From NCBI GenBank assembly GCA_963808625.1, contig CAWEHK010000041.1:1-64000 (forward strand): a stretch of 64,000 nt of DNA. Direction: 5' to 3'. Under the pieces are notes generated by a model. The model saw only the letters and a program-made list of their open reading frames with translations, did no database searches and was not told the origin of the DNA. The DNA comes from an uncultured delta proteobacterium (GTDB taxonomy: Bacteria; Desulfobacterota; Syntrophobacteria; Syntrophobacterales; Syntrophobacteraceae). Position numbers and translations under genes: made by a program. How positions within the stretch are numbered: the first letter of the stretch is position 1; each line of letters opens with the position of its first letter. This document shows, piece by piece, positions 53,752-64,000 of the stretch.

Positions 53752-55069
53752 CTACTCTCTAGCACTGATTTTCCTGACTTTCAACCTTAAATTCTCTACC
53801 GAAACGACTTCCACCTTTTCCCCTGCAAATATGTGCTCATCAGCGACGGCATTCCAGAGTTCCCCACTGACAAATACTGTCCCTTCGGGAAGGAGATCTT
53901 TTTTAACCTCCCCAATCATTCCGGGCAGGGCCTCAGTCCCTGATTTGCGGCCTTCGCATCTGGGCTCGAAAGGCGAGACTGGCCACGGTCACAAAAAAGC
54001 CCGAGACGATGAGAACCGTCGGAATAAAAACCGACATGGCCAGCCGATTCGTATGACCGGGACCCGGAACAGCATGAGGGATCCCAGAACGAGCGAGAAC
54101 ACCCCGGCAAAACTGAGCAAGCCATGAGAGGCCACCTTGACCTCCAGGATGAAAAACAGCACCGCAAGGAGGATGAGGAGAATGCCCGCATAATTTACCG
54201 GCAGGGTCTGTAAGGCATACAGGGCCAGAATAAGGGCGATGCCCCCGATCACTCCGGGGAGGATGGCTCCGGGTTGAGAAAGCTCGAAATAAAGCCCGGC
54301 CAGCCCAATCATGAGCAAAATATAGGCAATATTGGGGTTGCTGATGCTTCTCAAGACCTGGTGTTGCCATCCTGGACGAAATCGTGCGCTGCTCAACTCC
54401 TGCCGTATGTAGCGTTCTGGTAGATCCTTTCCTCATGATTTCCCAGCCATCCAGCTTTTTGATCAGGGTTGGGAGGTCTTCGGCAACAAGGTCGATGACG
54501 TTTTTTTCATAGGCTTCTTCGGCCGTGATTGACACGCTCTTGCGAACCGAGTCTTCCAACCATTCCGCGTTCCTTCCCCGCTGGCCGGCGATGCTTCGCG
54601 CAAAGGCGACCATATCATTGACCACTTTCTCATTCATGGCTGACGGGACATCACCGCCCCCGATTGAAACCGGATGAGCCGCTCCGATATTGGTGCCGGG
54701 GGCCATGGCTGCGATATCCCCGGCAACCGTGACAAAGACTCCTGCCGACGCTGCCTGGGCGCCGCTGGGGTAGACGTAAACGACTATGGGCACAGCTGAG
54801 CTTCAGGATGGCCTGGACGATGCCCCGCATGGAAGCCATAACCCTCCCGGAGTGTCAAGGAGAATGATCAGGCATTCCGCGCCTTCCTCCTGGGAACGTT
54901 CAATGGCATACTTCACAAAATCCTCGACTCCGGGATTGATCGTGTCTTGAACCTGGACGATGTTGATGTGCGCGATATCGGCAAGAACCGTGCCCAGGCA
55001 GAATAGAGCCGAACAGAGCAGAGCCCCGAAAAGAAGCACCCTCCGGTTTTTCCCCGAATCGTTTCTCAT
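53752..55069 (-). CDS. nfeD: NfeD membrane-bound serine protease (long form); several frameshifts
   Basis: LDTPGGL, VYVYPSGAQAASAG, AMAPGTNIGAAHPV, TM region, OB-fold GTVFVSGELWNA; adjacent to slipin. Confidence 0.88.
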
Positions 55070-55805
55070 TTAGTTTCCCTCCCGGTGACCGGTCAAAATG
55101 TCATGGACCAACAGCAGGTCCTGCCAGGCGGAGGCCTTCTGGGATGCGTTTCGCAGGAGATAGGCAGGATGGAAAGTGCAGATTAAAGGCATGCCTCGCC
55201 AGGAGATGCCACTTCCCCCGCAGGCTGGAAATGGGCCTGGTCGTGGCAAGCAGAGTCTGGGCGGCGGATGCTCCCAAAGCGCAGATCACCTCCGGGCCAA
55301 TGGCCTCCAATTGTCGAAAGAGGAATGGAGAACAGGTCTCAATCTCATCCTGAAGCGGGGTCCTGTTGTTCGGGGGGCGGCATTTGACCACGTTGCAGAT
55401 ATAGACTCCGTCACGTTTGAGCCCCAGAGCTTGGATCATCTTGTCAAGAAGCTTTCCCGCTCTGCCCACAAAAGGTCTCCCCTGCTGGTCCTCGTCAAAC
55501 CCGGGACCTTCACCGACAAACACCAGCCGGGCTTGTGGCGAACCTTCACCGTAGACGATCGTGGTGCGACCGAGATGCAGACGGCAGCGCGTGCACTCGC
55601 CAAGATCCTCCCTGATGAGGGAAAGCTCCTGCTCCGGATGGACCCGCTCAGAGGTCCTCTCACTTCCTGCCGATGCCGGCGTTTCGTGGTGCTTCGGTCT
55701 TACCGGCCAGTCCTTGATCCCGATCATCTGCAGATCAGTCACATACCGCTTCAGGCGATTCACGATAGCGGCGAGCTCCGCCCTCTTCCTGCTGTCAGCT
55801 TCCAC
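55066..55805 (-). CDS. Uracil-DNA glycosylase family 4; frameshift near 55200
   Basis: CTRCRL, GEGPG, GRPFVGRAG, NVVKCRPP; TFHPAYLLR in the shifted frame. Confidence 0.92.
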
Positions 55806-57016
55806 TAAGGCTCCGCAATATGCAATAAAGCTTCAATGCGATCAAAAACCCGCTCTGCGACTTCTTCCTTGGTCAATGGTGGCAGCTCGGTAACGATCCC
55901 CTTTCGATCGATGACCTTGACCTGATTGGTGTCGCAGCCAAATCCGGAGCCGGCCTGAGTGAGGTTGTTCGCGACAATAAAGTCGAGGTCCTTTTCGATG
56001 AGCTTTTCCGTTGCGTTTTCTATCAGGTTCTCGGTTTCTGCAGCAAAGCCGACGAGCACGGGTCGCCGCGATCCTGCCCGTGATTTTCCGAGGTGTCTCA
56101 GGATATCAGGGTTTCTCACCAGAGTGACGGTCATCTCGTCCTGAAGCTTTTTCAATTTCTCGGGCGCAACCTGCCGTGGCCGATAGTCCCCAACGGCGGC
56201 GGCCATGACAATCGCGTCCATGTCTTGAGCATGCCCCAGGACGACATCTCTCATTTGGTGTGCTGTCATAACTTTCTCAAAATGGACTCCATAAGGTGGG
56301 GGAAGGGCACTGGGACCGGTGACCAGGTAGACTTCTGCAGCGCGTCGAGAGGCGACCGAAGCCAGGGCGTAGCCCATCTTGCCGCTCGATGGATTGCTGA
56401 TGAAACGCACCGGGTCAAAAGGTTCCCAGGTGGGGCCGGCACTGACCAGGACGCGCTTGCCCTCGAGGCTGGCAGGAGTCAACAAGCGCCTTGCCGTTTC
56501 GACGATGACCGAGAGCTCGATCAAACGTCCGGCGCCTTCCTCTTTGCAGGCGAGCTCCCCCACTTCCGGCTCCAGGATGTGGTAATGAAACTCGCGCAAC
56601 ACGGTCAAATTCCTTTGAGTCATATGATTTTCATACATTTTGACGTTCATCGCGGGGCAGACCACAATCGGCGCCGTAGTGGCGAGCAAGATGGTGGTGA
56701 GGTAATCGTCCGCAATGCCGGCAGCCATTTTGGCGATGAGATTGGCAGTGACGGGTGCGAGGATGACCAGATCCGCCGTTCGGGCCAGGTGAATGTGACC
56801 GATTTGAGATTCGTATTCCAGGTTAAAAAGATCTGTCCCTACGGGGTTGCCCGTGAGCGCCTGAAACGTCAACGGCGCAATGAAGCGCTGCGCATTGGCG
56901 GTCATTACCACATGGACGTTCGCCCCGTCTTTAACCAACAGGCGAACGAGTTCGGCAGCTTTGTAGGCGGCAATGCCGCCGCTGATGCCCAGGAGGACCG
57001 ACTTCCCATTCAACAT
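55805..57016 (-). CDS. coaBC: Bifunctional phosphopantothenoylcysteine decarboxylase/synthetase
   Basis: GGIAAYKA, PAMN, LAC...G.GR, DPVRFISNPSSGKMG, AAVGDY, GFAAET. Confidence 0.97.
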   Translation of the reverse strand: MLNGKSVLLGISGGIAAYKAAELVRLLVKDGANVHVVMTANAQRFIAPLTFQALTGNPVGTDLFNLEYESQIGHIHLARTADLVILAPVTANLIAKMAAGIADDYLTTILLATTAPIVVCPAMNVKMYENHMTQRNLTVLREFHYHILEPEVGELACKEEGAGRLIELSVIVETARRLLTPASLEGKRVLVSAGPTWEPFDPVRFISNPSSGKMGYALASVASRRAAEVYLVTGPSALPPPYGVHFEKVMTAHQMRDVVLGHAQDMDAIVMAAAVGDYRPRQVAPEKLKKLQDEMTVTLVRNPDILRHLGKSRAGSRRPVLVGFAAETENLIENATEKLIEKDLDFIVANNLTQAGSGFGCDTNQVKVIDRKGIVTELPPLTKEEVAERVFDRIEALLHIAEP

Positions 57017-57052
57017 GAGATTACCTTCGATTAACAGGTTGAACCTACTTCA

Positions 57053-57132
57053 AACCACGGAACACACAGAAAACACGGAAAAATCACCTCTGAGCTTTCG
57101 TGTCTCCAGTATTTTCCGTGTATTCCGTGGTT
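57053..57132. repeat. Inverted 9-bp periodic repeat hairpin
   Basis: AACCACGGAACACACAGAAAACACGGA ... TTTTCCGTGTATTCCGTGGTT. Confidence 0.65.
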
Positions 57133-57193
57133 GAGGATGACCTTTTTTCTTGGACCGCCCCTTAACCGCAAAACCATGCCTCGCGGCAGCAGC

Positions 57194-57706
57194 CTAGCCA
57201 CCCGCGGGGGTCACAAAAATCTCCACATAGGTATAGATCGTTCCTTCATAGAGGCGAATAACACAGATTCTGTCGGGCTTTTCGAAGATAAGAACCGATC
57301 GCTGATAGCGGAAAGCTCCCTTCGGTTTCCAGTTCTCGCGGGGCATGGCCATCTGAAAGAAACTGATGAGAGAATTGAGGTCAACCCGTCCTCGCAAGGT
57401 GAGGATACCGGTCTTGATGGAGCCCGCTTGGACCACGTATGATTCTTTGGATTGCAGGTCCAGTTCCTGAGGCGTCGGGATATCCGGGAAGTCATAAAAG
57501 ATTGGTCGTGGCGCGGATGGCGATGAAGCCGAAGGGGGCGCAGAAGGAGTGGCAGCCGTTGCCGTACCCGGCGCCGGTTGCTGACCTACAGGATTGGGCG
57601 GAGGGGTGGTGTTTTGCCCCCCCATCGAGCTGCATCCAGAGAGCGCCACAATCCAAATCAAAGCTGCGACGATCAACGCCAATTCGTTAGGCTTACGAAT
57701 TTTCAT
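57194..57706 (-). CDS. Lipoprotein with Pro-rich linker
   Basis: Lipobox LSGC; FYDFPDIPTP domain. Confidence 0.85.
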   Translation of the reverse strand: MKIRKPNELALIVAALIWIVALSGCSSMGGQNTTPPPNPVGQQPAPGTATAATPSAPPSASSPSAPRPIFYDFPDIPTPQELDLQSKESYVVQAGSIKTGILTLRGRVDLNSLISFFQMAMPRENWKPKGAFRYQRSVLIFEKPDRICVIRLYEGTIYTYVEIFVTPAGG

Positions 57707-57781
57707 TTTCCTCTCCCTCCGCGAAAAGGTGTTCTCCCATCCGGAACGTTGCCCGGAGCCATGCAAGAAAGCGCACGACAG

Positions 57782-58414
57782 CTACTGAAAGAAGGGATTG
57801 CTCCTCTGCTCTCGTTCGACCGTGGTTTTCGGGCCGTGACCAGGGAAAACCGCGGTTTTCCCGTCGAGCGGGAAAATCTTCTCCCGCACCGATCTGATCA
57901 ACTGGCTGTAGGAACCGCCAGGGAAATCCGTGCGCCCAATAGAGCCGGCAAACAAGGTGTCGCCGACAAAAATGACACCGGCATCAGGGAGATGAAAAGA
58001 AACATGCCCCGGGGTGTGCCCCGGCGTTTCGAGCACCCCAAAACAGAGCGATCCGAACTCCAGGGAGTCTCCCTCTTTCAGGTTTCGATCCACCTTCTTG
58101 TCTGTTGTCCGGGGCTTCGGTGCAAAAAGAGACCCCATCCCGGCCATGCTCTGCTGGAAAATCACTTCGTCTTTGGGGTGGAGATAAATCTCTCCGCCCA
58201 ATCGCTGCTTCAGGGCCCAAGCGTCCATGATGTGGTCGAAGTGACCATGGGTGTTAAGGATAGCCACCAGGTTCAGTCCCAGTTGCTGAATTCTGCTCGC
58301 GATCCGTTCGCTGTCACCCCCAGGATCGATTACCACGGCCACGCGTGTTTGACTATCACCGAGAAGGTAGCAGTTGGTTTGAAGCATACCAACCACAAAA
58401 GATTCGAGGATCAT
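57782..58414 (-). CDS. MBL-fold metallo-hydrolase (glyoxalase II-like)
   Basis: TNCY, IDPG, THGHFDH, TPGHTPG, GDTLF..SIGRTD, PGHG. Confidence 0.93.
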   Translation of the reverse strand: MILESFVVGMLQTNCYLLGDSQTRVAVVIDPGGDSERIASRIQQLGLNLVAILNTHGHFDHIMDAWALKQRLGGEIYLHPKDEVIFQQSMAGMGSLFAPKPRTTDKKVDRNLKEGDSLEFGSLCFGVLETPGHTPGHVSFHLPDAGVIFVGDTLFAGSIGRTDFPGGSYSQLIRSVREKIFPLDGKTAVFPGHGPKTTVEREQRSNPFFQ

Positions 58415-58437
58415 TTTGCACCTTTCTTGCCTGGACA

Positions 58438-58968
58438 CTATTTTTCAAGCACCACGAGCTCTTCTACCGGTTTCCGATGCGAAGTCTGATTGCGGTGGAG
58501 CGGGTGGCCGACGGCAACGACAGCCATGAGCTCAAGGCGCTCCGGGAGCTCGAGAAGACTGAGGACCCTCTCCTTGTTTTTCAAGATCTCCCCGATCCAG
58601 GTTGCTCCGAGGCCATGGGCATGCACCGCCAGCAAGAGGTTCTGCAGACAGGCTCCGATGGCCTGACAGTCCTTGACGCGATCATAAGAACTATCCTGGT
58701 CCAGGAAGACCGGAACCAGGACCGCAGCATTCTTGAGGACCGCAGAGTAACGGGTCAGGCGCCCCAGTTCTTCCTTCAGACGCTGGTCCCAAATAATGGC
58801 AAAGCGCCAGGGCTGGTTGTTCAATCCCGAGGGGGCCCACGATGCAGCTTGCAGAATTTCCATGATCAAACGGCGTTCTACCGGGGCTTCGGTAAAATTC
58901 CTCACACTGCGCCGCTCGTAGATGGTCCTAATCACCTCCAAACCGGCTCTTTCCGGGTCCATGAGCAC
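58438..58968 (-). CDS. Nitroreductase family protein
   Basis: RRSVR, APSGLNNQPWRF, NLLLA...GLGATW. Confidence 0.93.
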   Translation of the reverse strand: MLMDPERAGLEVIRTIYERRSVRNFTEAPVERRLIMEILQAASWAPSGLNNQPWRFAIIWDQRLKEELGRLTRYSAVLKNAAVLVPVFLDQDSSYDRVKDCQAIGACLQNLLLAVHAHGLGATWIGEILKNKERVLSLLELPERLELMAVVAVGHPLHRNQTSHRKPVEELVVLEK

Positions 58969-59372
58969 TCCTTTGCATCACCTTATAAACAAAAAACCGC
59001 CATTCTCCCATCACCTTTAACCAACTCGTAAACCAAAAACGAGCCCAATCAACTCATCTTGGGCAGGTTGGCGTCTGTGATTTCAGTCACATCGTGTCAT
59101 GATTTATAGCAGAATCTGTTTCAGCTTTAACAAAAAATCATCTTGTGGCTTGGAATTTTGCGGCTAATATGGTTAACGTTTCGGCCCGGCAGCAGATGCT
59201 GCGCCCTCTGCCCCGGGTGCCCGGGAGTTCCAATTATGGATGGAATCTCAATTCTGGATGCCGGGTTCTTCTTTCCAGCGTGGCGCAGATGCTTAAGATG
59301 TTCCGAGTTGAGAGCCTATGATGGTCCAATTGTCACCGGAAAAAGACCTGCTTCGGGAGGGCACTATTTTCC

Positions 59373-59672
59373 TTGCACCTGGAGGGCGTCGTGGCCATGA
59401 GCACGGTGCCGGGGATTCGCCGGGCGCTCCTTGGCGCAGCGAGGAAGAGCGAGGTTAAAGAAGTTCGCCTCGATTTTTCCCGGGTCACGTTACTGGATAC
59501 CGCTGGTGTTGCCATGCTCGTGGAAATCTGGAGAGAGCTTGCCCGCAGGGGTGGAACACTCCGGCTGACCGGTCTGAGCGAAAATGCCAGGAGGCTGATT
59601 CAGTTGGCCGGGCTTGATCAGATCTTCAATCTGCGGGATGATCCGGAGAGGAGGATTCCTTATGGCTCATAA
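59373..59672 (+). CDS. STAS domain protein (MlaB-like); true start probably ~59298 with a frameshift
   Basis: LDFSRVTLLDTAGVAML...L.G; heads the mla operon. Confidence 0.75.
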   Translation: MHLEGVVAMSTVPGIRRALLGAARKSEVKEVRLDFSRVTLLDTAGVAMLVEIWRELARRGGTLRLTGLSENARRLIQLAGLDQIFNLRDDPERRIPYGS

Positions 59673-60475
59673 GGATTTGATCGAGGTGTGCGGCCTGAAC
59701 AGCTATTATAGCGGGCGGCAGGTCCTTTTCGATATCCGTTTTGGGATCCCTGACACGCAGATTACGGTAATCATGGGAGTGAGCGGTTGTGGAAAAACCA
59801 CGCTCCTCAGGCATCTGATCGGGCTGAAGCCCACTTGGCCAGGCCAGATAATGGTTGATGGTCAGGACATGGGGAGGTTCAACGAGGAGGAAATGCAGAG
59901 CTATCGGCGCCGCATTGGCGTGCTGTTTCAAAGCGGTGCGCTTTTTAACTCGATGACGGTGTCGGACAACATTGCCGTTCCCCTGAAAGTCCATACTCGA
60001 CTGGCCAACGAGACCATCCGTATCATGGCGCTGATCAAGCTCAACCTTTTGGGATTGGCGGAGTTCGGCGCCTACATGCCATCCCAGTTGAGCGGCGGGA
60101 TGCGCAAGCGTGCCGGTTTGGCGCGGGCGTTGGCGATGGACCCCGAAATCCTCTTTGTGGATGAGCCCTCTTCAGGTTTGGACCCGATCACGGCTGCCGG
60201 GTTGGACCGCCTGATTCCGGAGCTGCGCGACACACTGGGAATGACCATCATTGTGGTTACGCATGAACTGGAGAGTGCTTTTCGAATTGCCGACCGACTG
60301 ATTGTGATGGATGGCGGGCGCATTCTTGCAGCGGGAAGCCCCGAAGCGATCCGGGCAAGCCAAGACGAGCGGGTGCTGCAGTTTCTCGAGAGAAAGGCCG
60401 ACACTGCGGAAGTCAATACCGACGGGCTATTTGTCTCGCATCAGGGGAAGCGAAACAAGCAGGAGTGCCTCATGA
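59662..60475 (+). CDS. mlaF: Mla/Ttg2 ABC ATPase; 3' end uncertain
   Basis: GVSGCGKT, LFQSGALF, LSGGMRKRAGLARA, DEPSSGLDPI, VTH. Confidence 0.9.
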
Positions 60476-61257
60476 CCCGTTTGGTTCAATTGCTGGGCGC
60501 CTTCGTTCTGGATCAGCTTGCATCCCTGGGTCGCATGGGGCTCTTTTTGGTTTATATGATCAGAGGCACCGTCAAGCCGCCGGGGAAGTTCTGGCCGGTC
60601 GTAAAGCAAATCCACTTCATCGGCACGAAGTCGTTTTTTGTGATCGGATTTACTGCGGCCTTCACCGGGATGGTGCTTGGTTTGCAGGGTTATTACACGC
60701 TCTCTAAATTCGGTTCCGAGGGTTTATTGGGATCAGGGGTGGCCCTCAGTTTGATCCGCGAGCTGGGACCGGTGCTCACAGCGCTGATGGTTACGGGCCG
60801 GGCGGGTTCAGCCATGTGTGCCGAGATCGGGATCATGCGGATTGACGAACAAATCGATGCGCTCGAATGCATGGCTATCGACCCTTATGCCTACCTGATT
60901 ACCCCGAAACTCCTTGCCGGCCTGGTCTGTCTTCCCCTCCTCACGGCCTATTGTGATGTCGTTGGGATCTATGGCGGCTATGTGATCGGGGTTAACCTCC
61001 TGGGGGTGAGCCCGGGAGCATACCTCTCAGGGATTGAAAGCAGCGTGGTCTGGAAAGACGTTTACATGGGCATCATAAAATCGCTCTGTTTTGCGGTCTT
61101 GATGATTTGGATCTGTACCTACAAGGGCTTTTACGCCGGGATTGACGAGGGCAATTTCGGTCCCGAGCAAGTAAGCCGGGCGACCACCGATGCCGTGGTG
61201 CTCTCATCGGTGTCCATTCTCGCGGGCGATTATGTGGTCACCTCCATTTTGCTGTAG
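60472..61257 (+). CDS. mlaE: Mla/Ttg2 ABC permease
   Basis: AGGAG RBS; RELGPVLTALMVTGRAGS, EQIDAL, ATTDAVV. Confidence 0.92.
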   Translation: MTRLVQLLGAFVLDQLASLGRMGLFLVYMIRGTVKPPGKFWPVVKQIHFIGTKSFFVIGFTAAFTGMVLGLQGYYTLSKFGSEGLLGSGVALSLIRELGPVLTALMVTGRAGSAMCAEIGIMRIDEQIDALECMAIDPYAYLITPKLLAGLVCLPLLTAYCDVVGIYGGYVIGVNLLGVSPGAYLSGIESSVVWKDVYMGIIKSLCFAVLMIWICTYKGFYAGIDEGNFGPEQVSRATTDAVVLSSVSILAGDYVVTSILL

Positions 61258-61332
61258 CGTTCATTATTGATTGATATTATGCGACATTCGGTTCGGAGAG
61301 CATCATTTTCTTTAGCGGCAGGGGACGACCAC

Positions 61333-61788
61333 ATGGAAAAAAGGGGACTTGAGTTAGGTGTAGGGCTGTTCTTAATAATTGGGCTTGCATGCCTGGGTTA
61401 CCTATCTTTTAAACTGGGTGATATCCGTCTTTGGGGTAGTTCCGACTACGACGTTCACGCCAGGTTTTCAAATGTCGCCGGGTTGAAGGACAAGGCGGCG
61501 GTGACGATGGCGGGAGTGACCATCGGTCAGGTTAAGGACATCAATTGGTCGATGGCCAGGCCCTCCTGACCGTCAGCATCAACAAAGACGTTCGTCTCGA
61601 AGAGGATGTTATTGCCAGCATCAAGACCATGGGCATCATCGGGGACAAGTATGTCTCGGTCAGTCGCGGGAGCTTCCGAAGAGTACATCAAACCGGGAGG
61701 GATGATAAAGGATACGCAACCGCCTTTGGACCTGGAAAACCTGGTGAGCAAGTTCGTCTTTGGAAATGCTGAAAAATCGAAGCAGTAA
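61333..61788 (+). CDS. mlaD: MCE-domain protein; frameshift near 61545
   Basis: ELGVGLF, F.NVAGLK..A.V.MAGVTIGQV, TMGIIGDKY, TQPPLDLENL. Confidence 0.88.
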
Positions 61789-61877
61789 CTTCGAGCCAAG
61801 CCGGAACGGGATGACGCCCGGTTGCCTCCTGTGAACCGGGGAGTCTCGCACCAAAGCCATCCGATTGTTGGAAAAAG

Positions 61878-61909
61878 GAAAAGCCGCTAAAGGACTTTAG
61901 CGGCTTTTC
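61878..61909. terminator. Bidirectional intrinsic terminator
   Basis: GAAAAGCCGCTAAAG-GA-CTTTAGCGGCTTTTC. Confidence 0.85.
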
Positions 61910-61939
61910 CGTGCAACCAGAAAGTAATGCGTAGCGAAA

Positions 61940-62196
61940 CTACTTCTTCATTTTCTTCATGAAAATGTCTTCGCACTTCTGTGCGGCGGCCTCAGCCCGG
62001 CGAGCGGCTGCATCGGCTTTCATCGCGGCAGCTTCAGCTTGCTTGGCATAATTTGCACAGGACTGCTCTACCTGCTGGCCTTGTCCAGAGCTGCCTGACA
62101 GAGTTCGGTGCATTTCTTGGCATCTTGCGTACAAGCACAACCAACCACCGTGAAAGCGAAAGCGACCAGCAACAGAACTGACATTATTCTCTTCAT
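61940..62196 (-). CDS. Lpp/OprI-like alanine-zipper lipoprotein; frameshift near 62070
   Basis: GGAGG RBS; MKRIMSVLLLVAFAFTVVGC lipobox; AEAAAMKADAAARRAEAAA; ends FMKKMKK. Confidence 0.8.
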
Positions 62197-62462
62197 AACT
62201 CTTTCCTCCTTCGAAAACCTGACTTGACTCTTGTGTTGATGAAATTTGCCTATCTGCTCATAAAACCTGTTGGATATGTTTGCTTCCCACCTCCTCCCTT
62301 TTTCAATGAATTCACTGCAAAAGCGCTTGGGAATTGCCTTCGCTATCCCGCACCGTTGGGAAAAACAACATAAGGCTACTCTAGAAAATCCTAAAATCAA
62401 GAAGTTTTTTAGCCTGCACCGAACGCGATATTGCGCTTTCGACACGGCATCGCATAGCACTA

Positions 62463-63416
62463 CTACTGCATAATATCAACCAATTTCAGGGACGTTTCGT
62501 CGGCTGCCAACCGGGAGACATTGGTGGGCACCCCGTTTTGGAGCTTTACCGCCATAAGGTATTTCTTTTGGTCGATGTATTTCGCCAGAGGGTGCTGCGC
62601 CAGCTTACCAAGAGCATACTGAACGTAGTCGGGGATTCGTCGGTACACGTCAGGATGGGACTCGACAAAGATCTGTCCGTTCTTTTGTCCGAACTTGACC
62701 GGTTCATAGATGATCTCCAACTTGGTTCCCATCGGCACCTGCGGATAGAGGAGCTTTATGTGCTCCGGGTAGCATCGAATGCACCCATGGCTAACCAGAC
62801 GTCCGACCCCCCAGGGCATCGCCGTGCCATGAACGCCATAAGCACCCGCAGAGAATTTCATGACATACTCACCGAGAGGATTCTCCGGCCCGGGAGGCAT
62901 CGAAGCCATGCCATATTTCTCTTGCAGGGAAGCGGGGATATACCAGGTCGGATTGGCTCTCTTATCATTGATAAAGAAGGTGCCGAGCGGGCTCTCCCAG
63001 CCTTCGTCGCCGATCCCGATGGGATAAGTCTGGACCGTGGAAGAGGCCTTGTCAAAAAAGTACAGCCTGAGTTCCGGTATGTTGATAACGAGCTGCTGGT
63101 GCTGACTGGGAGGCAGGACCCAGAAGGTGGGGATAGAAATTTTCTTGTCGGTTGGGGGGACCCACGCGTCCATGCGAGGGAAGAGAAGATCCATCTCATT
63201 ATAGCCCAGACCGTGCTTCCTGGCGATATCGAGCATGCTTTCCCGGGCGCCGATCTTGTACCAGGTCGGCGTCCCAATGACGGTTAACTCGGGGACCCGA
63301 TAGGGATAGCGTTGAACCGTGGCATGGTATTCTTCATCACTACCCTGGGCTTGGGATGCGGCGAATGAGCAGCATATTAAAAGCAGAGAAACGATTGCCA
63401 GGATTCTTCTCTTCAT
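62463..63416 (-). CDS. L,D-transpeptidase (ErfK/YbiS-like, with LysM-like domain)
   Basis: INIPELRLY, YPIGIG, NPTW, PGPENPLG, GVHGT...SHGCIR. Confidence 0.94.
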   Translation of the reverse strand: MKRRILAIVSLLLICCSFAASQAQGSDEEYHATVQRYPYRVPELTVIGTPTWYKIGARESMLDIARKHGLGYNEMDLLFPRMDAWVPPTDKKISIPTFWVLPPSQHQQLVINIPELRLYFFDKASSTVQTYPIGIGDEGWESPLGTFFINDKRANPTWYIPASLQEKYGMASMPPGPENPLGEYVMKFSAGAYGVHGTAMPWGVGRLVSHGCIRCYPEHIKLLYPQVPMGTKLEIIYEPVKFGQKNGQIFVESHPDVYRRIPDYVQYALGKLAQHPLAKYIDQKKYLMAVKLQNGVPTNVSRLAADETSLKLVDIMQ

Positions 63417-63645
63417 AAATCAATCATCCCAAAATGTTTATTTTTGACTTTGAATCACCAACATAGCCGTGGTGTGAAGTAAAATAAAGGTTCTACAGGT
63501 GTAGATCAAGGTTTTTTTAAAAAGGAAACCATTTAAAACCTTTCTAATGCTTGCCTTGGCAAGATCGCTCTTGACTGATTCCGACATATCGGTCTACAAA
63601 TCAGCTTCTCTTTGCATAGTTCAATGAATTTTGGAGGTGAATGAA

Positions 63646-64000
63646 ATGAGTAAACCAAGGATTGATGGACGACCGGCAAATGTTAAAGCGCGCTTTCCCA
63701 ACAGTATTGTTCCCTTGTTCAATGGAAGGGCCCTGCTGGCAGCCGCCAGGAAGCACAAGGGGATGATCATGGCCTGTAACATCCGGTGCCGGTTGCCGGT
63801 GGAGGGCATCGTGCTTGCTTCCATGGCGGCCAAGGCCCCGGTTATGTATGAAATTGCCAAGTCTGAGCTGGGATATACCGAGTTCACCCCGGCAACATTT
63901 GTCGAGTTCATCATTCAGGAAAACGAGCGACTGGGCAATACGGACGTCCCCTTTGGCGTTCATGCGGACCACATCACCGTCAAGAAACCGGAGGAAGTGG
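63646..64000 (+). CDS. Class II fructose-bisphosphate aldolase (partial, runs off the window)
   Basis: GGAGG RBS; translated by hand: MACNIRC...YEIAKSE.GY...FGVHADH. Confidence 0.8.
   Translation, partial: MSKPRIDGRPANVKARFPNSIVPLFNGRALLAAARKHKGMIMACNIRCRLPVEGIVLASMAAKAPVMYEIAKSELGYTEFTPATFVEFIIQENERLGNTDVPFGVHADHITVKKPEEV

Noticed and set aside
59614..61257. Novel MlaF-MlaE fusion (547-aa ORF)
   Set aside because: mlaE has its own AGGAG RBS and an ATGA overlap at 60472-60475, so a single indel near the mlaF 3' end explains the fusion; reads would settle it.

Overview
Chromosomal segment of a Desulfobacterota bacterium, most likely Syntrophobacteraceae-like (inferred from gene content). 1-13.3 kb is the right end of a mobile island that abuts the 3' end of a tRNA-fMet. 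It holds an integron-type cassette array: a tyrosine recombinase + IS91-type Y2 transposase unit itself formatted as a cassette, an orphan cassette and a TIR cassette. An IEP-deleted group IIB intron sits in the attC R' core on the top strand, followed by a five-gene IS21-related element (Zn-finger, ParB-like, IstA, IstB, wHTH) and a second, truncated IS21. 13.4-64 kb is mostly core genome: CoA-disulfide reductase-rhodanese, ychF-like, rnz, yebC-ruvCAB, rlmE, RND pump, methylmalonyl-CoA cluster, nfeD/slipin, coaBC, mla, L,D-transpeptidase plus Lpp/OprI-like lipoprotein, fba. Accessory items in this part are a TIR-CHAT-STAND-TPR gene, a DprA/SLOG-like + AbiGi-like fusion, two nested MITE/REP stacks and many 7-bp periodic tracts. 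Frameshifts in many essential genes suggest uncorrected long-read indels, so split ORFs are joined and most are not called pseudogenes. All calls come from manual motif recognition; no database searches were run.
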